Assembly (NCBI GenBank): GCA_001179505.1
Contig: CDMY01000947.1
Coordinates: 62,001 to 126,000, forward strand
Length of the DNA stretch: 64,000 bases
Source: Vitrella brassicaformis CCMP3155
Lineage: Eukaryota; Protista; Chromerida
Direction: 5' to 3'
Shown: positions 36,138 to 46,800 of the stretch, piece after piece
How positions within the stretch are numbered: position 1 is the first letter of the stretch
Layout of the letters: each line of letters opens with the position of its first letter
Translations under genes and position numbers: made by a program
The notes under the pieces: generated by a model
What the model was told of the DNA's origin: nothing
The model's database searches: none
What the model saw: only the letters and a program-made list of their open reading frames with translations

Positions 36138-38649
36138 TCAATCGATGGAGATTAGTGGAGATAGTGCCCGAGACCTTTGTGAGAATAAGACAGACAGATA
36201 CAAAATGTAGGCAACGATGCTTGCTTCCTCTGCGTGGAGGAGCAAGCACACCGCACTACCCACTCCTCCTCCACCTCGCGACTCTTGGCCGTCAGGGCCT
36301 CCTCCAGCTGGGCACTCCTGGATCGCTCCGCCTGTGTGAATGGACACACAGACACACAGACGAGTGCCGATTGTGTGAGTGAGCCTGTATGTTCATGTGT
36401 GATTACCTGTAGTTCTCTGTCTCTCTGGTTGAGGAGCTTCTGGGTGGTACCCAACATGTGGCTGGTGCGTGCCAGCTGCTCCTGCATCGCCTCAAGCGCT
36501 GATACAAGAACACACATTTCATCGGATAAAGCCTCATACAGTGCGGGCGCGTGTGTGTATAGCTCACCCTGCCTGTCAGCATCACCACCGATGGAGTCGT
36601 CATCGCCACCGAAGTTCCCCCAGCCGTCATCAACATCGTGATGATGCACCGGTGGCGGCGTGGGAACGACTCCCTCACCCCCTCCCTGGCCATTATTGTG
36701 TATGCAGCGGCTGCTGCTGCTGCTGCTCGACGCCGCCTCGGAGCTGCTGCTGCTGCTTCTGCTGCTGCTGGTCCTCGAGGGCGGTGTCATGAAGCGGGGC
36801 CGGGGGAGCGTGAGGGGGCTGAGTAGTATCGCGTAGGGTGGGCGCACCCGGTGGCGAGGCGTCTCGGGGGTGGGGAGGCGAGACCAGCGGGGGGTTCAAT
36901 GGGGGCGTCGACAGGGGCGTCGACAGGGGCGACACCCACCCCTGCTGCATTGGCCTCAGCGGGTACTCCCCCTGGGGTGACAGGGGCCGGGGCAGCCCCC
37001 GATGGAGCCCCGGTGGTCTCAGTCGGGTGGGCCACTGGCGGGGCGAAGGCAGCAGCGACCGCGACAGCGGCAGCAGCTCTCCCTGCAGCTGCTGGTGCTG
37101 CTCCTGCGGCCCCCCAGCTGGCCCATCCTCCTCGTCGCACCCGAAGTCGCCCCAGCCGTCATCGACCTCCTCATGACGCATCGGGGGCGGCGAGACCTCC
37201 TCCTCGGCGACGTCCCCGCCGCCCATGAGCTTGAGTTCGGGGTCGACCTTCATCTCGGGGCGGCGCCGCTCCATCGGCGGGCCGAGATCCTCGTCGTCAT
37301 ACTTGCCAGCACGCTTCGACAACAACTTGATGCGCTCCATACGAGCCAACTGAGAGACCACAAACCCATGCACCACGATGGATCGGCCGCCGGTTGTGTT
37401 GCCGGGGCTGGGCTGGGTCTGCTCACTTACTTACCGTGAAATCCCAGACGACCTCCTTGGCGTGTATGCGGAGCATCACGTCCTCCGTGTTGGTGTCGGC
37501 CGTGGCCGCTGCTGCTGCTGGGGCCGATGGAGCCGCTTCCTGCAGCAACAGCGGCCCGCCTTCAGCTGTGCAATGGTCTGTATGCAACAAACAGGCGGAC
37601 AAAAGGAGAAAGTGATATTTGCTCCGTCATGTTACACACGTATTTGTTACACACGGACCGTATCGATGATCTGCTCGATATGCAGGCGGTCATCGTGTTG
37701 TCTTGTGGTCCGCTCGGAGAAGCTGTCGAGTTGCTTGCAGAGGTCCCTCAGGCACTTGACCAGCCGTTTGGCGGGAAAATGCCTCATCTGCTCGTAGAGG
37801 CACTTAGCTGCACACCAAGCATCCCGCTCGGCGTCGACTGTCGTTGATCCCTGGCCCTGAAAGCAAAAAATAGGCACACATACGCGCATCAAACGTGGGC
37901 ACACCTCAGTCGCTCACCGCGTCGACTCGAATGCGTTGTGCCGCGCCTTGTGCAGTGGCAGGGTCGTGGCGAAGGCGGTCCAGGAGAACCGCATCGAGGC
38001 GGCGAAGGGCCTCTCTCCTCAGACCGACGTTGTGTGCCTAGAAAGAGACACACAATCGTGGATTTGTATTTGTTTGTCCGTTCAAAACCTACGTGGATGT
38101 CGCCATGAACAAGGTATGCGTCCATCAACTTCCTCATGGTGTCCAGCACACCGATGGCGATCAGCCAACACGATTGTCGGCTGAGGGCCCTCGTTGGACA
38201 GCAGGTCGGCCAGTGTGACTGAAGGTGGACACGCACAGATGGGGTCGTTGCACACACGTGTGTGTAACACATCTGCCGGCTGGCTCGCTTACCGTCGATG
38301 AACTCCAGGCAGCGGCACGGCTATAGAAATTCGTGCGACGGTACTCGCCCCACGACAGGTCATGCTGCTGATGATACTGATGCGGCTGATGCTGATACGG
38401 TCCCAGCTGCTCGCCTGCCCCCGCCCCTCCACCTTCTCAACACAATACACACAGACAGGGAGGGACAAGAGTACCAACCACCTGCTGCAAGGAACGATGT
38501 GCAGTGTGTGTTGGCTGCGACTGACCTGCTGCATGATTGTGCTGGCGGTAGTGGCGATCGCCCCAATCGTGTGCGTCGTGACCGTAGTCCTATGACTGCT
38601 CGGTCTTGACAAAGGCCTGCGGCTGCTCGTGCATCGCTCCACTGGTCGA
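36138..38649 (-). pseudogene. Divergent kinase-like C-lobe exons plus low-complexity/coiled-coil tail; probably the 3' part of the adjacent disrupted kinase locus
   Basis: LEFID|VTLADLL, then in another frame LVHGDIH|AHNV, RVDA|GQG, ERDAWCAAKCLYEQM. Downstream exons carry two DDGWG(D/N)FG motifs and a coiled coil. Boundaries uncertain. Confidence 0.45.
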
Positions 38650-38774
38650 CTGAACCAATGCAGACAGACACACCGACGTATGCCAACACACATGCTGGCA
38701 AGTCTGTGTGGCGTACGTGCTGTTCATCTGCCAGCGCGACCTTACCCTCCTCGTCCTGTAGGTCATCCTTTCCT

Positions 38775-39879
38775 ACCATTTGGCCTGTTGTTTGGATCGA
38801 AACTCAGCAGCTGCTTGATTAATGGAAGCACGCTGTCAGAACACGCTGGTGGTGGTTGCGAGAAATTGGACTTCTGTATCAGATACAAAATGGGAGGGGT
38901 TCAGAAGCCGTGAGAGATTGAATACTCTGTTACCTGCTGGCTCACGTATCAATTATCTCGTTATCCCGCAGCCCGCCAGGGATATCAAACGGCCGGTAGC
39001 CGCAGAAGATAATACCTTTATGGACACACAGAAGACAGATGGATACGCCATATAAAGGTGTGCGTATGGTTTCATCACTTACAGCACAATGCCCATGGAC
39101 CACGTGTCTGTCTTCTGTGTAAACTCCCCCATGAAGCACTCCGGTGCCTGGATCACAGATGAAGAAGCAGATAAAAGTATACAGGCCACCGGCGCTCACC
39201 ATATATGGCCGCGTGCCAGGCAACCCCTCCTGCGCCCATCGAAGATGGCCAGGTCAAAATCAAGCAGCCTAGCCTCGATCTCGCCTCTTTTGAACACAAA
39301 TTATATCCCTTGATATCTCGATGGCACACCTAAAAGGGAAACAAAAGAATGTGCGCTCACTGTATCATTATGCATCCCAATTCACTCACGCCGCATGCGT
39401 GAAGGTGCCGGACTGCCGAAAGGACATCCCTCATGATACCCTTCACCCTTGCCTCCGGCACGGCCTGGGGGATGTAGTGGATCAGGTCGATCCCGCTGCA
39501 TTCTTCCATCAGGATAAACAGATGCTCGTCGTCTTCAATCAACCGCTCGATGTGCACAAGGGAAGGATGTGCACTGGCAAGGATGTTGGGTGATGGATGA
39601 TCTGGCGAGTGAACCGGGGCCGGCGGAGGCGTCCGACAAAAACAGCGAGCCTGCCCAAGCACACACGACTGAGATCTTTCAAATCTCTCTTGCCTCCCTG
39701 AGTTCATGTGTGTGCGGCTAGCAATGGATGTGCGCACGCACCTACCGCGACTGCAGGCGGCAGAGATAGTAGTCCTCATCTGAGCAGGAATATGCCGGTC
39801 CATGTCGGGACGACGGCGGCACGGCGGCGTTGTCGACGGTGCCTACACGGGCGCGTCTTCTTCGCTTCTTCCTGAACAT
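38775..39879 (-). pseudogene. CAMK-like protein kinase pseudogene (or mis-assembled gene) with several frameshifts
   Basis: AHPSLVHIERLIEDDEHLFILMEECSG, HLHACG|VCHRDIKG, RLLDFDLA (shifted frame), GTRPYM|APECFMGEFTQKTDTWSMGIV, CGYRPFD (shifted), LIKQLLSFDPNNRP; no glycine loop found. Confidence 0.75.
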
Positions 39880-40460
39880 CCCCTGATTAGAAAGGCCGCA
39901 TCCTCTGTTCCGTCGTCGTCGTGGATGATGCGGCGTCGGGCACGTCGTCTTGAGGCCTTAAGGTAGGCCAGACGACACGTCGTCTTCGCTTTCTCGGCTC
40001 CTTCTCTTTTCTCAGGGCAGGGGCGGCCGCGGAGCAGTTCGGCGTTGGATGGTTCGGCGTTGGGTGGTCGTGGTTGTTGTCCACCTTCATCGGTGTGCCA
40101 TCCCGAGCGACCAATACGAGGTCTTGCGCCTTCCAGAAGTCGCCTGTGAGCAGGGCGTCTGAGAAAAACAGAGAGCTGGCTGGGAACAAGCAGGGACGAG
40201 GAAAACCAAAAAGAAGGAACAAAAAAAAACGTCTTGTCTCAAGCTCGCGAATTTCGCGCGATTCTCGACGCGTGAGAGGAGAGAGGAGCAAAGGACAATG
40301 ACGAGGGGCTGGAGGACAAGCGGCGGAGCAACGCAGAGCTGCCATCTCCAGACTCATCAAATCAGCCCTCATCTGGACGGTTCATTCCATCTGCTGCTGC
40401 TGATCTGATCTCTCTTCGGCTGGTCCAGATCCACCATCTCATCGCATCCCACCTGTGCAA

Positions 40461-42140
40461 ATGAAGTGCGGAAGCCTCATCCTTCTTGCTGCTGCGGTGG
40501 GTGTGTCGGCTCAATATCCGTCGAGCTATGGTGACAGCTGCCCTTATGAGGCAAGGGAGGAGGTGCACTACCCGTGTCCTTACGGCTATGACGAGAGGGG
40601 CGGCACGTGCGTCAAGATGGGCTACACCACGCCATACACATACTGCCCACTGGTAAGGCCTCTCAGACCTCTTACACAGTTCCCTGCCTCAAACCGACAC
40701 TCTTTTGGCTACCCTCCCTGCTATTTTGTGTTCGTGTGTGTCGGGTGCAGGGCATGGAGAGCACAGATGATGGTTGTGTCAAGTACAAGTACGCCAAGAA
40801 GGTGCCCTACTGCAAGACGGGCAAGTTCTCCGGCCTCAAGTGCGTTGACAAGGACATCGTCGACGTGAAGGAGTACAAGTGCCCCTATGGCTTCGATCTG
40901 ACCGACGACAAGACCAAGTGCTACACCCCGACTTACCACGAGAAGCTCTCCAAGTGCCCGGAGGGCTATGGGTTTACTGACGACAAGCAGAAGTGCGTCA
41001 GGGAGGCATTTGATCAAGTGACGTACCATTGCCCAGAGGTGAGCAGGGAAGGAACACCGCAGGAGGAGCGCTGTTTGTGGTCACTCTGACGTCCATTCTT
41101 ATTATCCGTCTGTTGCAGCACACGGAGCTCACCGAGGAGGGCTGCAAGGCCATCACATATGATGACAAAAAACCCGTCTGCTCGGAGGGCTATGTAGATG
41201 GCGATAAGTGTGTCGTCGAGAAGTTCCTCCGCCCAAGCTACCGCTGCGGCGGGGACCTCTCCGTTCTCGATCCTATCAAAGACGAGTGCATCACCACCAT
41301 TACACAGCCGTGCGGCTTCGAGGCAGTGACAGACGGCAGAAATGTCAAGACGCAAAAGCACTGCAGCGAGACCAAGACAGTCAAGGCTATCGCCGAGTGT
41401 ACTGATGGGTATGAGCTGGATGGTGAGAAGGGCCTCTGCGTCGGCAAGACACACTCTGGTGTCGAGTATAAGTGCACTGACGGGTATGAGCTGACTGATG
41501 ACGAGACCAAATGCTTCGCCGTCGGATACGAGGAGAAGAAGGTCAGGTGTGTGGAAGGCTATGAGCTGACCGATGGCACGGATAAGTGCGTCAAGTATGA
41601 GTACGTCGATCTGGCATACTACTGCCCTGAGGTGAGCCTGGAAGACAAAACAGTCACGCGCCTCTCCCAGCTCATGCAAATCGTGCATGTCCCTCTCTTT
41701 GTGCGTTTCCATCTGTTCAGCACACGAAGCTGACGGACATGGGCTGCCAAACCGTCCACTACGCGAAGAAGCAGCCATACTGCAACGACGGCGTGCTCGA
41801 AGGCGGCAAGTGTGTGGTCGACAAGGTCTACGCTATCGACTACAAGTGCCCTGATGCGTATGAGCCGACTGAGGACAATTCCAAGTGCTTCAAGAAAACA
41901 TACGCCGACAAGAGGTGAGGAAAGCCCCGCTGTCGCGCCATCGATCCCGTCAAGCACGCAATGGTGTCTGTCTTCTTGTGCAGGTACTACTGCCCCTCTG
42001 GCTATTCGTATGACGCCGCTAATGAGCAGAAGTGTGTGACATACGATTACGCACCACTGCAGAAGGAGTGTTTTGGTGAAGGGAAGCTGGTCTATCTGCG
42101 AGAGTACGGCATTCATGTGTGCTGCAATGCTGCCGCCTAA
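40461..42140 (+). CDS. Secreted Cys-rich repeat protein resembling coccidian oocyst wall proteins (COWP/OWP-like); 5 exons
   Basis: Signal MKCGSLILLAAAVGVSA; many CPxGY/F-x(8-10)-C units (CPYGFDLTDDKTKC, CPEGYGFTDDKQKC, CTDGYELTDDETKC); introns 40653-40750, 41039-41118, 41632-41720, 41915-41983. Confidence 0.82.
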
Positions 42141-42649
42141 TAGATACACCGATGGATGGATGGTTCTGCCATCTGTGACAAGTAGACAAGGATAGTGTCC
42201 TGCCTGACTGTCTCGTTTTGGCCGGTGTGTGTTCGTTTCTCGCTGTGAATAGATGGCTGCCTCGTCTCTTCTGGGCGTTGTGCCTGTCGTGTGTTCATGG
42301 CCTCGGGCCTGGCTATTTTGATTCAATGCATGCCATTCATTCTCTTATACTTATTTGTACATCTATGCATTCTTCCTCATGCAGCTTGTGCATAGACAGC
42401 GGGCTGAGAGACATGTGCTTGCTGTGCGCTTGGAAATTCATGGTGCTCGTAGACGACATAGATGAAAGGAACGGGTCAGATCAGCCACGCCAAACGTCGC
42501 AGACCAATAGAAGTTTGGGCTAGAGATGGCCCGCGTCGTGGGGGCACGGCCCCTTTCTCCATGCCTTTCTCCCTTCGGTACCCTTCTCAATCGCAGTGAA
42601 GCCTAGTCGTCGTTCTCTGCAGCTTGATTGCCTCTCAAGGCATGCCCGG

Positions 42650-43351
42650 ATGGAGAGTGTGCCCACCCAATCGACATTCCCTCCGTGGGCGCTAAGAGTA
42701 CTTTGCATTGGCCTCCTCCTCACCCTGCTGAGCCTTCCCCCCCTCTCATCAGCCGTGGTGAACCGCAATCGCATCAGTGATGTGCACCAGCATCGCACAC
42801 AGCACCAGCAGCAGTGGGTGGCCCCCCACGCCGCGATGACCAGCGAGAGGAAGTACCTGCACACACAGCAGCATCGCAGCGGGGCCCGGCAGGCCGTCCT
42901 ATCCTTTGTCGAGGGCCTCAGGAAGGCCAAGACCACCTCCATGTTGACCATTATTGGGGGCGTGCTGGCGGGGCTGGTGGTCATATTGGTGGTGGCGTAT
43001 GCATGCTCGCCGGGACAGAGAGAAAAGCGAAAAAAGAAGAAACTCAAGAGCCTCGCAGCGGCGCAGGAACAGGCCGTAAGCTTGACAGGGAACAAGGGCA
43101 TTCGCGTGCACACCACTGCAATGTGGTTTGCAGTGGGGCCTGCTCTGCATGCGTCTGTGTTTGTCATCAATTAGGCGTTGTTGGCTGGGACGGATTGGCA
43201 ACAGTTTTTCGACACTGAGGGGCGAGCGTATTACTTCAACGAGGTGACGGGCCACACCCAGTGGGAGCATCCCGTCACCAAGTCTGTCATCCAAGTGTCG
43301 AAGGAGGACGCTGCCGCATTCAACGCTTCTGTGGCCTCTGGCACTGGCTGA
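42650..43351 (+). CDS. Type I membrane protein with cytoplasmic WW domain; 2 exons
   Basis: Signal-like LRVLCIGLLLTLLSLPPLSSA; TM MLTIIGGVLAGLVVILVVAYAC followed by REKRKKKKLK; intron 43076-43174; WW: TDWQQFFDTEGRAYYFNEVTGHTQWEHP. Confidence 0.8.
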
Positions 43352-43823
43352 CCATCCATCTATCTGGGTAAGACTGGGGGATTTGCATACAGTTTCCATG
43401 GCTGTTGCTGCCCTTGTTGTATGCTTGTGGCCTCTGCAGTTGTCTGCCTGGCAGAAGGGTCCTGTAGCAATATATAGCCTTTGCCTGTGCCTGGTCTATG
43501 TGTCCGTCCGTTTTTGCTGCAAATGAACATTGGACAAGGTATTCATGGCTTGAATGGCTTGCCTGTTTGGCAGTCCCCACACGTATGCACCACGGGGATC
43601 GACGCGTCACGAATGCACACACGTACTCATGGTCTCCATGCAACAAGCCACGCAAAATCCTTACGAACATGAACCGAAAAAGAACCGTGCAGCGCCATGC
43701 AAAGCCATGCAAAGGCCGTTTGACGCATTGCAAGGCTGGAAGATGGAGAACGATACACGTTCTCTCGTGCCAACGTAGAAGCACCGTCTAGTCTCTATGG
43801 TTTACCGAGAAAAAGGGCGGAGA

Positions 43824-46800
43824 TCACTCTCCCAGCATCTTCCTTCTCTCATCTGCTCCAAGGTCAGGAGACGTGGGGGACTTGGGAGGCATCACCGGTC
43901 TGCCTTGCGAATGCTGTGACCCCGTCATCTGCGAACCGCCCATGTTGGAGCCAGCCAAGCGGCCAGCAGCAGCCTTGGAAAGCTCCTTTACAAAGAACCC
44001 TGCGGTTGAGCCTCGCGGCCCCTGTCGCAGGTGAGCAAGGGTGGCAAGATCCACCGAGATAGACACCCGTCTCATGTTGGTCTCGGCCTTCATGATGACC
44101 TCCGAGCTGTCGGACGTGCCCGTATTAGATGTGTCTTGGCGCCCTGGCGGCTTCCTGTCGTCAGGTCCGCTGCCAGACAAACCCGACCCTTCAAGGCTTC
44201 TGCTGCTCCTCTCCATTTTGGGCGATGACTTGTGTGATGAGAGCACGCTGGATGAGCGTCGGGAGTCGCGGAGGTCCGCGTCTTCGATGATGGCGTCCAC
44301 ATCGATTTCGATGTTGGGGGGCTTCCGCTCCTGGATGGAGCAGCGTCGGTTGGAGTTGCGAGATGATGCTCGGTCGCTGCTGTGGAACGACTGTGCAAGA
44401 TCTGGCTGTTCCTCGTCGGGTGCGGCCTCACCATCGCCGGAAGCGTCATGCGGGGCGTCATTGTCTGCCATCTCATCCCACATGCCTGGGTCAAGGGAGA
44501 ATGTCTCGATATCTGTATCTTCTGCAGGGTTTCTTCTCACGTATACCTGATTCATCGTCTCCTTCACCCTGGTCTCCGCCATGTTGATCCGACTGCTCCA
44601 GTGATGACCCATGCCGTAACAAGTCGGCCTCCTGTTCGTCGCTGTCTGTGGAAGACAGGAACAGGGGAGGAGGGGCCGCGTCGTCGACCTCGTCGGCTTC
44701 TATCCGATAGGCGCTTCGTGCGCCCGTCAGCATTATGCTGCTGCGCCTCATTTGGTCAAGGATTGTGTCGGCGTCATCTGCATATGAATCCTCCACAGAA
44801 AGAATCTCCTCCGACCGCTGCCGGCTTTCTTCCGGCTGGCTGTCTTCGGGGTCGTGCTGTGGCTGTTGGCTCAGGTCAGGCATCTGCTGGTACACCATGG
44901 ACCCTCTCGGTGCGCGCGTTGGGGCGATGGACATGTTGAAATCAGAGGGCATCTGCTGGAAGGCAATGGAACCTCGAGGAGCTCGTGGAAGCACGACGGA
45001 CTCGTTGAGGTCCACCTTCTTGACTGCGAGGATGTTACCTTTTCCACTTGACGGAGATTTGCGAGCCAGCCGGACCCTCAGAGCGGCCTGAATCTTCTTT
45101 GCTGCTTCTTCTTCTTCTGCAAGCTGGTTCTGACTGGCCTCCCAGCTGCTGCCCAGCACCTTCGACGCAAGCACGGCGGACATTCGCCGGCGAGCTTGGT
45201 GGCCTCTGATGTGTTTCTGCACCGTGAGGATGGCGGCAGTGAGATCTTGTGTCTCGCTGTGCACAGGCGGGCCCTTGTCGGCGTCGGCGGTCTCCTCGGC
45301 CTCGGTCTCCTCAGCTTCAGCTTGCGGGGTTGATTGGTACGCGGGGGAAGGCTCGTCTTGCTGGCTGCACTCCTGTTGGGCCTCGCCCGGCATGTCTCCG
45401 CCTGCATCGCCCAACTCATGCCTTTCATCCCCGTCTTCGTCCAAAGTCTCCTCTTGAGTGTCTTGCTGGATGTCTTCCTCTCCTTTTTCGCCCTCCGATC
45501 TTTTGTGCAAGTCGACATCGCCTTGTGCCTGCTGTTCATGGTCATGCTCATCTTGGGCTTGCTCTTCAGAGGCCTCGGCGTTCACCTCCTCGTGTGTGTC
45601 GACATCCTCTCCCTTGCTCTCGATAGGCTGGTCCTCCTCGCCTTCGTCTGCTGGTCGATCGGCCGCTCGTGGGCTCCCAGCTATGCTGCTCGACACGTGT
45701 TGGATCAGATGAGGGACATACTCTTGCGCGGCGAAGCTGGCTTCCAATTCAGCGGCGGACGACGTGACAGGGACGGGAAGGGCGGCCGCTTCTTCCTGTG
45801 GCGCTTCTTGCGCCGCAGCAGTTTCTTCATCTTCAGCCGTGCGCGAAATATCCTCGTCGTGTCTGTCTTGGTCCGCCGGCATGGCTGACAGGCTTTTGGT
45901 GAGGTCGCCCACGTATGCACGGACAGCGGCGTCGGGAGTGATGGGTTCCTCGACCTCCTCATGATGTGCGCCGCCAATGGCTTCATGTTCCTCCACTGAA
46001 GTGATCTCAACCTCTGCGGCAGCTGGCTGGTCTTCCTCGTGCGCCGGTTGCACAGCTTCTTCATTCATGTCTCTTAATGGCTGCTCCGTCTCAGTCTTCT
46101 GAATGATTGGCGCTTGTTTGACTTCATCCGCTCGTTCCTTTTTGATGTCAGACGTGAGCCGTCTCGCCTGTCGGCCTCTCTCACACGCTTGCAAGCGAAT
46201 TGCTGCTTCTTCTCTCTTTCGCTTCAGTTCTGCGTAGCGTTGTTGTGCCGACCTTCGCCGCTGACGGGAGCAGAAAACACGACAGACGGGTTCTTACATA
46301 CACATAGACGTGTGTCGCTTCTCCTTTATGTACCTCATTCTTCTGTATAATGCGGGCGGCCCTGACTTGCCTCTCAAGCTCGCCTATCTCCGTCTGGAGC
46401 CAGAAGTGCTTGTCGTTCCACTCGCCCTCAGGTCGCGGCCTCAGCTCCAGGCGCTTCTTGCGCTGTCTCATCTGACGCTGGATCCTTCTCGCAGCATCGT
46501 CCCTCTTCACAGCCTCGTGCTGGTCTTTCTTAACTGCTTCGTCTTGCTTCATCTTTTCGATGGACCGTCTGGCCATCCGTCCGCGAGCGTGACGCTGCAC
46601 CTCGATCGCCGCTTTCTCCTGCCTCTCTTTGAGCAGACGGGCCGCCTCTCGCTTTCTGTCCTCCTCCTCTTTCCTCTTCGCCGCTTCGTCTTGTCTCTTG
46701 GCCTCCTCCTCTTTTCTCTTGGCTGCCTCCCTCGTGGCGATGGAGTCACGTCTCGCAGAGCGGCCGTTGGGCGCTTTCTGATCAGTCACAGCTGGTGCTG

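Noticed and set aside
38820-39360. Lower-GC segment suspected to be a transposon or foreign insert
   Set aside because: It resolves into kinase exons and ordinary introns; no TIRs, LTRs or transposase/RT motifs.
39887-40372. 161-aa minus-strand ORF upstream of the kinase pseudogene
   Set aside because: No recognisable domain or confident splice path; may be a degraded 5' exon or UTR.
44522-44546. Apparent 25-nt mini-intron or frameshift in the TPR-IQ gene
   Set aside because: A normal 61-nt intron (44486-44546) with a pyrimidine-rich acceptor restores frame equally well.
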